Positions 16,926 to 26,854 of a DNA stretch of 64,000 bases are shown in pieces. The translations under genes were made by a program, and so were the position numbers. The DNA lies in assembly GCA_964608465.1 (NCBI GenBank), contig CAZSNI010000002.1:23273-87272 (forward strand). The letters are read 5' to 3'. The DNA is from an uncultured Candidatus Saccharibacteria bacterium. Lineage in GTDB: Bacteria; Patescibacteriota; Minisyncoccia; Phycocordibacterales; DATDWN01. Each line of letters opens with the position of its first letter. Position 1 is the first letter of the stretch. Under the pieces are notes generated by a model that did not search any database, was not told where the DNA came from, and saw only the letters and a list, made by a program, of their open reading frames with translations.

Positions 16926-17468
16926 ATGAATATCGAACTCAATCACATATTACTTTTTATTCATTTGGTTTCGCTTGTTATGGGATTTGGTGCAGTTATG
17001 GTTATAGATACATTTGGCCTGTTGTGGTTACTTAAAAAAGTAAAACTATCATTTGTTCAACAGGTGGCAAATACAACTCAACCTCTTATATGGATCGGAT
17101 GGTCACTACTTGTTTTAACCGGAATTCCTCTAATCGTTATGAAAGGTGGAGTGAGTGGACTTTCCATGATTAAAATATTTGCTGTACTTTTGCTTGGTGT
17201 GAATGGTGTATATTTGCACATAATTAAGAAGAGTATGGATAACATAAATGACAACTCTGTTATGCCTAGCTTGGCTAAATTCAGGATCACACTAGCTAGC
17301 TTTATTTCTCAGGCAGGATGGTGGACTGCAGTAGTAATTGGTTTTTTAAACAACAAACTAAAAGATAATGCTCCTAAAGTAGAGGACCCGTTTGTAATTA
17401 TAATTCCTGTCGTCATATTTGTTGTTTTTATTGCAACAGCTGGAGAATTGATTTTCCGAAAAAAATAA
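16926..17468 (+). CDS. Hypothetical polytopic membrane protein (180 aa)
   Basis: Four to five hydrophobic segments; host-like AT-rich codons. Confidence 0.6.
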   Translation: MNIELNHILLFIHLVSLVMGFGAVMVIDTFGLLWLLKKVKLSFVQQVANTTQPLIWIGWSLLVLTGIPLIVMKGGVSGLSMIKIFAVLLLGVNGVYLHIIKKSMDNINDNSVMPSLAKFRITLASFISQAGWWTAVVIGFLNNKLKDNAPKVEDPFVIIIPVVIFVVFIATAGELIFRKK

Positions 17469-17483
17469 GTCATATTAAGAAGC

Positions 17484-18482
17484 ATGAAATTATCCATAGG
17501 AATTGTTGGTCTTCCAAACGTCGGCAAATCGACGCTTTTTAATGCACTTACAAAAAAATCTGTTCCTGCAGAAAACTATCCATTCTGTACTATTGATCCC
17601 TCTGTAGGGATTGTTCCAGTTCCAGATGAGAGAGTGCAAAAACTTTCAGACTTTTCTAAATCAGCAAAAACTATTCCAGCAGTAATTGAGTTTGTTGATA
17701 TTGCAGGTCTGGTTAAAGGAGCTTCAGCAGGTGAAGGACTTGGAAACAAGTTTTTGTCTAATATTCGTGAAGTAGATGCAATACTAGAGATGGTAAGAGT
17801 GTTTGAAGACAAAGATATTTTGCATGTACACGGGGAAGTGAATCCGCTCTCTGACATTGATGTTATAAACTATGAGCTAATTTTGGCTGATTCAGAAACT
17901 ATCACAAAAAGAATCAGTAATTTGGGTAGAGAAGTAAAACAAGGGAAGAAAGAAGCAGTTTTTGAAAATGAAGTTTTAGAAAAAATTCTAGAAACACTGA
18001 AAACAGGAAAGCTGGCAAATACTCTTGCGTTGACTCCAGAAGAGAATGAAGTATTGAAAAGTATGCATTTGCTTACAGCAAAGCCAATTTTGTATGCACT
18101 CAATACTTCAGAAGCTAGTGTAAACAAACTAGATGTTGCTTCACAGGTTCCAGGACCATATGTGGTTATAGACCCTGTGTTCGAAAAGGGTTTTGAAGAT
18201 TTGATCAAAAAAGCTTATGAAACTTTGGGACTTATTACATATTTTACAACCGGAGAGGACGAAACAAGAGCATGGACTATTGAAAAAGGTTGGACAGCAC
18301 CGCTAGCAGGAACAGCGATACACACAGACTTTAAGGATAAGTTTATTCGTGCAGAAGTTGTTCACTGTGACGACTTACTAGATTCTGGCTCATACGGAGT
18401 AGCGAGAGAGAAGGGGAAGGTGAGAACTGAAGGAAAGGAATACATTGTTAAAGATGGAGATGTAATTGAGTTTAGAATTTAA
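17484..18482 (+). CDS. ychF: Redox-regulated ATPase YchF (Obg-family GTPase-like), 332 aa
   Basis: G1 motif GIVGLPNVGKSTLFNALT, FCTIDP, and DIAGLVKGAS. Confidence 0.85.
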   Translation: MKLSIGIVGLPNVGKSTLFNALTKKSVPAENYPFCTIDPSVGIVPVPDERVQKLSDFSKSAKTIPAVIEFVDIAGLVKGASAGEGLGNKFLSNIREVDAILEMVRVFEDKDILHVHGEVNPLSDIDVINYELILADSETITKRISNLGREVKQGKKEAVFENEVLEKILETLKTGKLANTLALTPEENEVLKSMHLLTAKPILYALNTSEASVNKLDVASQVPGPYVVIDPVFEKGFEDLIKKAYETLGLITYFTTGEDETRAWTIEKGWTAPLAGTAIHTDFKDKFIRAEVVHCDDLLDSGSYGVAREKGKVRTEGKEYIVKDGDVIEFRI

Positions 18483-18494
18483 TCCAAAGACTAC

Positions 18495-18523
18495 TTGACA
18501 GTTATTAAATATTAGTGTATACA
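18495..18523 (+). promoter_or_regulatory. Promoter of cassette D
   Basis: TTGACA (18495-18500), 17 nt, TATACA (18518-18523). Confidence 0.55.
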
Positions 18524-18543
18524 CAGACACAGGAGGATCATCG

Positions 18544-18828
18544 ATGGAAAGAACGTTTCCGATTTACTGGGACGCGGCAGTGTGTCACGTCTCCGACCCC
18601 AACAACCCGCACGTCGTCGGGAAGGGCGGCAGCATCGAAGCCGCAACAGGCGACCTGTACATTCAGATGTACGGAATCACGTTCAAAGACGTTACACCGT
18701 ACACACCGCTCGGTGACAACATCCCCGGAATTCTCGCCATCAAACAGCGGGAAAATGAAGAAGGTCAGGAGTTGCCTCCGTTGACGGTTCGGTACGGCGA
18801 TGAAGTCGAAGAAGAAGTCGCGGCCTAA
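18544..18828 (+). CDS. GC-rich cassette D ORF: hypothetical 94-aa acidic protein
   Basis: ACAGGAGGA SD 7 nt before the ATG. Hand count gives 38/60 GC at 18561-18620. G/C-ending codons. Confidence 0.6.
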   Translation: MERTFPIYWDAAVCHVSDPNNPHVVGKGGSIEAATGDLYIQMYGITFKDVTPYTPLGDNIPGILAIKQRENEEGQELPPLTVRYGDEVEEEVAA

Positions 18829-18843
18829 CTAAAGGTCGTGAAT

Positions 18844-18886
18844 GAGCCCAGCTATTTGTAGATTCAATCTATGAAAAGCTGGGCTC
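18844..18886 (+). terminator. Hairpin ending cassette D (no clear T-run)
   Basis: GAGCCCAGC (18844-18852) pairs with GCTGGGCTC (18878-18886) across a 25-nt loop. Confidence 0.4.
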
Positions 18887-18909
18887 TTAACGTATGCTAT
18901 AATTTAAAC

Positions 18910-19311
18910 ATGAAAAAAGGATACAATGACAACATAGAAACATTAACAAAAGAGAACACTAATTTTAGAAAAGTTTTGTATACAGGAGAGCAAAGCCAGT
19001 TAGTATTAATGTCACTATTGCCTGGTGAAGAAATCGGTAGTGAGGTACACGCAGATAACGACCAGTTTTTTAGATTTGAAGAGGGGGTTGGAAAGGTGGT
19101 AATTAATGATACTGAATATGAAGTTTCCGACGGCTCAGCTGTAGTTGTTCCAAAAGGAGCAACTCATAATGTAATTAATACGAGCGCTGACTCGGCATTA
19201 AAGTTATACACGATATATATGCCAGCTCACCATAAAGATGGTATAATTCGTAGTACAAAGGCCGAAGCAATGGCAAACGAAGAAGAGTTTGATGGTGTTA
19301 CAACCGAATAA
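18910..19311 (+). CDS. Cupin-domain protein (133 aa from ATG 18910)
   Basis: GEEIGSEVHADNDQFFRFEEG...VVVPKGATHNVIN gives the two cupin motifs. The track start at 18871 lies inside the cassette D hairpin. Confidence 0.7.
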   Translation: MKKGYNDNIETLTKENTNFRKVLYTGEQSQLVLMSLLPGEEIGSEVHADNDQFFRFEEGVGKVVINDTEYEVSDGSAVVVPKGATHNVINTSADSALKLYTIYMPAHHKDGIIRSTKAEAMANEEEFDGVTTE

Positions 19312-19346
19312 GGTAAATTTTATTTATCAACTTAAACTATAAACAC

Positions 19347-19922
19347 ATGAGTGAATTTATTAAAAAAAATCTTGTAGTACTTGCCGCTTTTGCTCTCCCA
19401 GTCATTCTAATTATCGTGGTAGCTTTAAGTGTGTATCTGCCTAGTCTTTTCGTAAGAACTGACTACAATTTTGTATATGCGATTTGTACTGACTCTAGCT
19501 ATTACTATGGATACGAGTGTAATAATTTGCTTCAGAAAAAATACACAGTAGTAAATGGTAAAATCATCACAAATAACGTAGATCTAACCGTAGATGCTTA
19601 TGGAAATAAGAGGCCAGGTGTGGGAACTTTCAACACAAGGATATTCCTTCACAACACAAAGACAAATGAAAGCAGAGAGATAAGCAGTAATGAAGAAATG
19701 CAGATCACTCTTAGCAGCAGCTTATACACTTCACCCGACGGCGTAACAATTTCTAGAGACTCATCTGGTGGTGACTACTTTATGTTTCCATTTGGTGGAA
19801 GTTCATACACATCTGGCTGGTATTTGACCAAAGGTGGAAGTAAAAAGAAAATGAATTTAATTAATGACAATGAAAGATATTATTATCAAGACAGTTTAAT
19901 GGTTTTGGGTTGGGTTAAATAA
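19347..19922 (+). CDS. Hypothetical membrane-anchored protein (191 aa)
   Basis: N-terminal TM segment with no motif. Confidence 0.55.
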   Translation: MSEFIKKNLVVLAAFALPVILIIVVALSVYLPSLFVRTDYNFVYAICTDSSYYYGYECNNLLQKKYTVVNGKIITNNVDLTVDAYGNKRPGVGTFNTRIFLHNTKTNESREISSNEEMQITLSSSLYTSPDGVTISRDSSGGDYFMFPFGGSSYTSGWYLTKGGSKKKMNLINDNERYYYQDSLMVLGWVK

Positions 19923-19929
19923 TAAAATT

Positions 19930-20901
19930 ATGAACAAAGATCAATTATTGCAAGAACTTAGTCTAAAAATTAGCACAGGTGAAATATCAAAAGAAGAAGT
20001 ACAAAGTAAGTTGGGCTTTTATCCTTCTGCTCCAGTGGTTCCAATAAAACCACAAGCAGAAAGTAAACACCTCACAATAAACAAAATACTTTATCTTATT
20101 GGTGCAGCGATAGTAGTTATTGGTATTGTAATTTTCGTTGGTCAAATTTGGGAAGATATTGGCACAGGTGGAAGAATTCTTGTTACTCTAGGGTTGGGAT
20201 TCGTTTTTGCTGGAATGGGCTCAGTTATGATGAATTCACGTCCAGATGATAAAATTGGACAAGTATTTCACGCTATTGGAGGAGTACTGATACCTAGTGG
20301 AGCGATGGTTCTACTTTATGAACTAAAAATTGAAGGTGCATGGCCAATTGCTATTACTTTCGGCTTTGTGGCTCTGTTCTACCTTCTGCTTAACTTTGCT
20401 CAAAAGAATGTTGTGCTTACTTTGTTTACTTTTGCTAATGCAACAGCATTTATCTATCTTGCTATAAATGCGATTCTCGGGGATTCGTTCTATAAATATG
20501 ATGATGTTTACGCATATCTTACTATGGTGATAGGTGCGAGTTATATTCTATTTGGTTATGCATTTAAAGATGGGTGGAATGCAAAACTTTCAGACTCTCT
20601 GTACGCGCTTGGCAGTCTCGGTGTTTTAGGAGCAACTTATTCTCGAGTTTTTGACTCAGGTTTCTGGCAGATGTTGTATTTCTTTATTGTCCTTGGGGGA
20701 ATTTACTTGTCAGTTTACATCAAGAATAGAAACGTACTAGTGCTAAGTACACTTTTTCTAGTGGCGCATGTTTCTTTCATCACTAGTAAATACTTTGCAG
20801 ATTCACTTGGTTGGCCTTTGTCACTTATACTTCTCGGAATGATATTTATTGGCCTAGGATATGCATCTATAAATATAAACAAAAAGTACATTGCTGAGTA
20901 A
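19930..20901 (+). CDS. Hypothetical polytopic membrane protein (323 aa)
   Basis: About eight hydrophobic segments after a short soluble N-terminus. Confidence 0.6.
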   Translation: MNKDQLLQELSLKISTGEISKEEVQSKLGFYPSAPVVPIKPQAESKHLTINKILYLIGAAIVVIGIVIFVGQIWEDIGTGGRILVTLGLGFVFAGMGSVMMNSRPDDKIGQVFHAIGGVLIPSGAMVLLYELKIEGAWPIAITFGFVALFYLLLNFAQKNVVLTLFTFANATAFIYLAINAILGDSFYKYDDVYAYLTMVIGASYILFGYAFKDGWNAKLSDSLYALGSLGVLGATYSRVFDSGFWQMLYFFIVLGGIYLSVYIKNRNVLVLSTLFLVAHVSFITSKYFADSLGWPLSLILLGMIFIGLGYASININKKYIAE

Positions 20902-20947
20902 ATGTAGTTTTGCAAGGATGCGAGATTTTAGGTAGTATAAGTTCTAT

Positions 20948-23299
20948 ATGAAGAAGGACTACAATCATCTAGTTATAGAAAAAAAATGGCAGAAAGAGTG
21001 GGCCAGAAAGAAAGCATTTAAGACTCAAGAAACATCGAAAAAAAAGAAGTACTACGTCCTAGACATGTTTCCTTATCCATCTGGTGAGGGGCTTCATGTC
21101 GGCCACCCAAAAGGTTATATTGCCACAGATATTATTTCTAGAATTAAAAGGATGCAGGGCATGAATGTCCTTCACCCTATGGGTTTTGACGCTTTTGGAC
21201 TTCCGGCAGAAAACTATGCAATTAAGAATAAAACCAATCCTCAAGTTGCTGTAAAAAAGAACGTTGCTAGATTTAAAAAACAATTAGAAATAATTGGTCT
21301 AGATTATGATTGGTCACGGGAGGTAAACACGACTGACCCAAAGTTCTACAAATGGACTCAGTGGATTTTTCTGAAACTACTGGAAAAAGGTCTAGCTTAT
21401 GAGTCTAATGAACCAGTGAACTGGTGCCCAGTAGATAAAACCGTTTTATCTAACGAGGATGTGGAAAATGGAAAATGTGAAAGATGTGGGAGCGTTGTTG
21501 AAAAGAAACCTATTCGTCAGTGGGTTTTGCGCATCACAGACTATGCTGAAAGACTTCTAGCTGATCTAGATCACCTAGATTGGCCTGAATCTATAAAGGA
21601 AAGCCAGAGAAACTGGATAGGGAAGTCTGTAGGTGCTGAAATTGATTTTGATGTTTGGCGAAGTAGTGAAAAAATTAAAGTATTTACCACTCGTCCAGAT
21701 ACTATTTTTGGGGCAACTTATGTTGTATTAGCTCCTGAGCATGAAGTTATTGAAAAACTTTGGTCGCAAATTGAAAATAAGGATGAAGTTGTAAAGTATT
21801 TCACTTCTATAAAGAATAAAACCGAAATTGATAGAACAAAGGATGAGAAAGACAAAACTGGTGTAGAGCTGAAGGGCATTCATGCTGTAAATCCTGCTAC
21901 AGATGAACAGATTCCTATTTGGGTGGCTGACTATGTACTAGCAACATATGGGACTGGAGCAATAATGGCAGTTCCCGCACACGATGATCGTGATGGTGAT
22001 TTTGCTAAAAAATATAACATCAAAGTAAAAAATGTTGTTATAAATGGGACTCTAGTTAATTCAGGAGATTTTACTGGGGTGCTGGCTGAAAAAGCAAGGG
22101 TAGACATAACACGTTTTGTAAAAGGTAAAATGGTTACAAAGTACAAACTTCGTGACTGGGTATTTAGTAGACAAAGATATTGGGGAGAACCAATTCCGGT
22201 TTTGCGAGATGGTTATAAAATAATTCCTTTAAAAGAGAAAGATCTTCCAGTAAAGCTCCCTAAGGTTAAGTCATATGAACCAACTGGAGAGGCAGAGTCA
22301 CCCCTTGCAGCGGTTACAAACTGGATGAATGTTAAAGTGAATGGAAAAGTTCTAAAAAGAGAAAGTAACACTATGCCTCAATGGGCAGGTTCATCATGGT
22401 ATTACTTACGATATATGGATCCTAACAATAAAAAGGCTTTGGTGGATAAAAAGAAAGATAAGTATTGGAATATGGTAGATCTTTATGTGGGTGGAGCAGA
22501 GCATGCAACAAGACACTTAATATACGCTAGATTCTGGCACAAATTTTTATATGACATTGGTGTGGTTTCAACAAAAGAGCCTTTCAAAAAGTTGCAAAGC
22601 GTTGGGCTAATTATTGCTTCTGATGGCAGAAAGATGTCAAAGCGCTTTGGAAATGTGATTAACCCAGATGAAATCGTTAAGAACTACGGTGCAGACACAT
22701 TACGCATGTATGAAATGTTCATGGGACCTTTTGACCAAACAGCGATATGGAACGAGGATAACATTTTTGGTGTAAGACGCTTTATCGAGAGAGTTTGGAG
22801 ACTTTCGGACAAGGTTACGAACAGTAAGGTGCCAGAAAAGTTTGAAATTCTTCTAAATAAAACAGTTAAAAAGGTTACTGACGACATAGAAACAATGAGT
22901 TTTAATACTTCTGTTTCAGCGATGATGATTTTATTAAACGAAATGGAAAAATTGGAATCTGTACCAAAGAAAAGTTTTGAAATATTCTTAAAAATTCTTT
23001 CACCGTTTGCACCTCATATCTCTGAAGAGATATGGCATAAATTAGGCAACAAAAAGTTACTTGTTCTAGAAAGCTGGCCAAAAGCAGATCCGAAGAAACT
23101 CCAAGAAGTAGAAGTTAGAATGGCTATTCAGATAAATGGAAAGGTAAGGGGAGAGTGCCTAGTAAATTTTGAAATGACTGAGGAGGAAATCGTCAAAGCG
23201 GCAAAAGACGCTCAAGGTGTGGATAAATGGCTAATTGGTAAGACAATTATTAAAGTTATTGTGGTTAAAAACCGACTTGTTAACTTTGTTACAAACTAA
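20948..23299 (+). CDS. leuS: Leucine--tRNA ligase
   Basis: HVGH (HIGH) motif in PYPSGEGLHVGHPKGY, KMSKR (KMSKS) motif, and the CP1 zinc motif CPVDKT...CERCG. Confidence 0.9.
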   Translation: MKKDYNHLVIEKKWQKEWARKKAFKTQETSKKKKYYVLDMFPYPSGEGLHVGHPKGYIATDIISRIKRMQGMNVLHPMGFDAFGLPAENYAIKNKTNPQVAVKKNVARFKKQLEIIGLDYDWSREVNTTDPKFYKWTQWIFLKLLEKGLAYESNEPVNWCPVDKTVLSNEDVENGKCERCGSVVEKKPIRQWVLRITDYAERLLADLDHLDWPESIKESQRNWIGKSVGAEIDFDVWRSSEKIKVFTTRPDTIFGATYVVLAPEHEVIEKLWSQIENKDEVVKYFTSIKNKTEIDRTKDEKDKTGVELKGIHAVNPATDEQIPIWVADYVLATYGTGAIMAVPAHDDRDGDFAKKYNIKVKNVVINGTLVNSGDFTGVLAEKARVDITRFVKGKMVTKYKLRDWVFSRQRYWGEPIPVLRDGYKIIPLKEKDLPVKLPKVKSYEPTGEAESPLAAVTNWMNVKVNGKVLKRESNTMPQWAGSSWYYLRYMDPNNKKALVDKKKDKYWNMVDLYVGGAEHATRHLIYARFWHKFLYDIGVVSTKEPFKKLQSVGLIIASDGRKMSKRFGNVINPDEIVKNYGADTLRMYEMFMGPFDQTAIWNEDNIFGVRRFIERVWRLSDKVTNSKVPEKFEILLNKTVKKVTDDIETMSFNTSVSAMMILLNEMEKLESVPKKSFEIFLKILSPFAPHISEEIWHKLGNKKLLVLESWPKADPKKLQEVEVRMAIQINGKVRGECLVNFEMTEEEIVKAAKDAQGVDKWLIGKTIIKVIVVKNRLVNFVTN

Positions 23300-23415
23300 A
23301 GTATCGGCTTCTTTGTGGGGTTTTGGTCAAGCCTTGACTTAAATTCAGTATAATGATACAAATAGACCATATAAGTCTAGGGCAATTATCAGAAATGTAG
23401 GCTTTTTATCAAAAT

Positions 23416-24453
23416 ATGAGCGAAAAAACACCAATTAAATTTAAACCAAAACAAGTGGTCAAAAGACTACTTGGGGTAGTTTCAGACAGATCTAGAGACG
23501 TTTTGGTCTCACGTTTTGGGCTAGGAGATGACACAAAAAGAATGACCCTAGAAGCAATAGGAAAAAAGTATAAAATCACTAGAGAGAGAGTGCGACAGAT
23601 CGAAAATTACTCAATAATTAACATAAGAAAGTCTAAAGAGTACGCAAAAGAAAAGGAGGCTTTTGATGAGCTTTTAAAACTTATAACTGATCTCGGCGCA
23701 ACTATACACGAAGATTCATTACTGAAGCATATTTCAAAGGACAAAGCTACTCAGAACCAGATACACTTTTTACTTGTTATTGGTGAGGATTTTACTAAAG
23801 AAAAAGAGGATAGTGAGTTTAAACACCGATGGTCAGTAGATAAAGATCTATCAAAGAAAATCCACCTATCACTTAGGGAACTATACTCTACACTTTCTGA
23901 TGACGAAATACTTTTAGAGTCAGATATGATAGAGAAATTCCTTGAGAATATTAAGGATGTTTCTGAGAAATACAAAAATGCTGAAATTGCAAAGCGATGG
24001 CTAGCACTTTCAAAACTGATCGATAAGAATCCACTAGGTGAATGGGGTAAGTCAAACTCTCAGAATATTAATGCAAAGGGAATGAGAGATTATGCATACC
24101 TTGTTATAAGACGACACGGTTCACCAATCCACTTTAGAGAAGTTGCGAAACTTATCACGGAACTTTTCAATAAGAAAGCTCATGTTGCAACTACTCACAA
24201 TGAACTTATTAAAGACCCTCGGTTTGTTCTAGTTGGAAGAGGATTGTATGCTCTTTCTGAGTGGGGTTATATGTCAGGAGTTGTAAGAGATGTGATTAAG
24301 GGAATCTTGGATAAAAACGGACCCCTTACAAAGGATGAGATCATAAAGAAAGTGCTGAAGGAAAGATATGTCAAAGAGAACACTATTATGGTAAACCTTC
24401 AGAATCCAAAGTTTTTCAAAAAATCAAAAGACGGAAAGTATAGTGCAGCTTAG
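23416..24453 (+). CDS. Sigma-70 region-4-like HTH protein with C-terminal extension (345 aa)
   Basis: TLEAIGKKYKITRERVRQIENYSI is a region 4.2-type HTH. No region 2 is visible. Confidence 0.55.
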   Translation: MSEKTPIKFKPKQVVKRLLGVVSDRSRDVLVSRFGLGDDTKRMTLEAIGKKYKITRERVRQIENYSIINIRKSKEYAKEKEAFDELLKLITDLGATIHEDSLLKHISKDKATQNQIHFLLVIGEDFTKEKEDSEFKHRWSVDKDLSKKIHLSLRELYSTLSDDEILLESDMIEKFLENIKDVSEKYKNAEIAKRWLALSKLIDKNPLGEWGKSNSQNINAKGMRDYAYLVIRRHGSPIHFREVAKLITELFNKKAHVATTHNELIKDPRFVLVGRGLYALSEWGYMSGVVRDVIKGILDKNGPLTKDEIIKKVLKERYVKENTIMVNLQNPKFFKKSKDGKYSAA

Positions 24454-24525
24454 GTAAAACAAAAAAACCATCAAGAAACTAACATCTCGGTGGTTTTTTT
24501 GTTGTGAGTTGGTATAATTAATTTT

Positions 24526-25836
24526 ATGCTTGATGCTTTTATAGACTTTGCGACTGGTCCTATTGGCCAAACCACATTAAAGTATGTACTTTACTCCTCT
24601 TATATTTGGATTCCTGGAATAGTTTTATTTATTGCTTGGGATTTGTGGGTTGTGTACGTAAGAGCGTATTTTCAGGCAAAGCAGACACATTTACTTTTGG
24701 AGGTGAGACTGCCAAGAGAAATATACAAGTCACCAAAAGCTGCTGAATTTTTTATTGCTTCACTTTATCAAACAGCAGGAGAAAAAAATTGGTATGAAAA
24801 ATTTTGGGAAGGAAAAGTGCGCGCGCACTTTTCTCTAGAAATTACTTCAATCGATGGTGAGGTTAGATTTTTTATTTGGACTAGAAAAGGTTTCAAGGCA
24901 AACATAGAAGCGAATTTATACTCTCAGTACCCTGGAATAGAAATAATTCAGGTAGAGGATTACACTCTTCCAATTGGTTATGATCCAGAAAAACTAACTT
25001 TCTGGGTTTCTGAGTTTGATTTAACAAAAGACGATGTGTTTCCGATTAAAACGTATGTGGACTATGGTATGGATAAGGATCCAAAAGAGGAGTTTAAAAT
25101 TGACCCAATGACTCCACTTATTGAGTTTCTTGGAAATCTAGACCCTCGACATCAGGTGTGGATACAGATAATCGTTCGTTCACATAAGCCGGAAGAAAAA
25201 GACCCTTCAAAAACATGGGCTAATGCAAAGATTTTTCAAACATTTAGACCAAAAGATATTTGGGATAGGTGGGAGAAAAAGGATTTACGTTGGAAGGAAG
25301 CAGCAAAAGCTGAGGTTGAGAAAATCATTGCAGGTACAAAAGGTGAAAAAGATAAAGAAGGTAAGCTTATTCCTGGTACTGGAAGACAACTAACTGATGT
25401 TGAAAAAGAAACCATTAATGCTCTTAACAGAAGTATTTCAAAAAGTGGTTTTGACGTTGGCATGAGGGCTATATACTTTGCTCCAAAGGATATTTTTGAT
25501 CCATCAAACCTAGGCGGAATAATTGGGGGTATAACTCACTTTAACTCTCAACTAAATGGTTTTAAACCTGCCAGAGGGTCAGATGAAAGATATAGTAATG
25601 TGTTTCTTGCTTGGATGAAAAGAAGTGATAAAGATAGAAATGATGAAAAGCAGGAGAAATTAGATGCTTACAAAAGAAGAGCGTACTACTATAAACCGTT
25701 TATTAGTCCGCATTTCATTCTCAACACAGAAGAATTGGCTACAATATTTCATTTTCCTGGTGTTGTGTCAGCTACGCCGAGCGTTAATAGAATTGAGTCA
25801 AAGAAAGCAGAGGCCCCTTCAAACCTTCCGGTATAG
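24526..25836 (+). CDS. Hypothetical membrane-anchored protein (436 aa)
   Basis: Long ORF with an N-terminal TM segment and no motif recognised. Confidence 0.55.
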   Translation: MLDAFIDFATGPIGQTTLKYVLYSSYIWIPGIVLFIAWDLWVVYVRAYFQAKQTHLLLEVRLPREIYKSPKAAEFFIASLYQTAGEKNWYEKFWEGKVRAHFSLEITSIDGEVRFFIWTRKGFKANIEANLYSQYPGIEIIQVEDYTLPIGYDPEKLTFWVSEFDLTKDDVFPIKTYVDYGMDKDPKEEFKIDPMTPLIEFLGNLDPRHQVWIQIIVRSHKPEEKDPSKTWANAKIFQTFRPKDIWDRWEKKDLRWKEAAKAEVEKIIAGTKGEKDKEGKLIPGTGRQLTDVEKETINALNRSISKSGFDVGMRAIYFAPKDIFDPSNLGGIIGGITHFNSQLNGFKPARGSDERYSNVFLAWMKRSDKDRNDEKQEKLDAYKRRAYYYKPFISPHFILNTEELATIFHFPGVVSATPSVNRIESKKAEAPSNLPV

Positions 25837-25844
25837 TAGATATT

Positions 25845-26828
25845 ATGAGGCAGGATTTCATTAAAAAATTTAAGGAACTACCACCCAAAAAGAGGTATTT
25901 ATATATCTCTGGGATTTTTGCATTTCTATTGTTTTGCGTGTATTTATCTATTCATACACCTCCTAAAAATTTCCCATTCAATGAGGTCATTACCATAACT
26001 CCTGGAGAATCTTTGCAGAACATAACAAATAATCTCTATGAGTCGAATGTAATTCGCTTTCCATTTATTTTTAGAACCACTGTTATTATGTTAGGAGGTG
26101 AAAGAAAAGTTATTGCCGGTGATTATTTATTGGATCAAAAAGTGGGCCCAATAGATATTGCAGTTAGGTTAATTAAAGGAAATTTCCATACTGAGTCAAA
26201 GAAAATTACGATTCCTGAAGGTTGGGATAATAAAGAAATAGCTGACTATCTTGAGAAAAACTTAGTTAGTTTTAATAAAAATGAGTTTCTAAAAATCGTT
26301 AAAGACAAGGAAGGTTATCTGTTTCCAGATACATATTTTATTGCCAACACCACGAGACCTCGAACTATCGTTAATTTAATGGAGAGTACTTTTGATTCAA
26401 AGATTAAAAGTGTTACAGGTCTAGCTACTTCAACACGAAGTCTGCACGAGATACTGACGATGGCTTCTATATTGGAAGGTGAGGCCCTTACAACTGTAGA
26501 TAGAAAACTTGTCGCTGGTATTCTATATAGAAGGATGGAAATCGGCATGCCTCTTCAGGTAGACGCTACATTTTCTTATGTGAATGGTAAATCTACTTTT
26601 GAACTTACACTGGATGATCTGAAAATTGACTCACCGTACAATACATACAAATATAAAGGTTTACCGCCGACTCCTATAAATAATCCAGGTCTAGATTCTA
26701 TAAACGCTGCACTATACCCAACAAAAACAAAGTATTTGTATTTCCTAACTAGTAAAAGTGGAAAAATGCATTACGCGAGGACCTTTGAAGAGCATAAAAA
26801 GAACAAACAGTTGCATTTGTATAATTAG
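25845..26828 (+). CDS. mltG: Endolytic murein transglycosylase MltG/YceG-like (327 aa), second paralog
   Basis: LQVDATFSYV, DSPYNTYKYKGLPPTPINNPGLDSINAALYP and HYARTFEEH. Confidence 0.75.
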   Translation: MRQDFIKKFKELPPKKRYLYISGIFAFLLFCVYLSIHTPPKNFPFNEVITITPGESLQNITNNLYESNVIRFPFIFRTTVIMLGGERKVIAGDYLLDQKVGPIDIAVRLIKGNFHTESKKITIPEGWDNKEIADYLEKNLVSFNKNEFLKIVKDKEGYLFPDTYFIANTTRPRTIVNLMESTFDSKIKSVTGLATSTRSLHEILTMASILEGEALTTVDRKLVAGILYRRMEIGMPLQVDATFSYVNGKSTFELTLDDLKIDSPYNTYKYKGLPPTPINNPGLDSINAALYPTKTKYLYFLTSKSGKMHYARTFEEHKKNKQLHLYN

Positions 26829-26854
26829 TTCTTCTGGTATAAATTAGTGTTTCA

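Noticed and set aside
18515-18784. 89-aa alternative frame in cassette D
   Set aside because: It starts inside the -10/TSS region without an SD. It is an Arg/Ser/Thr-rich shadow frame of the SD-preceded 18544-18828 ORF.
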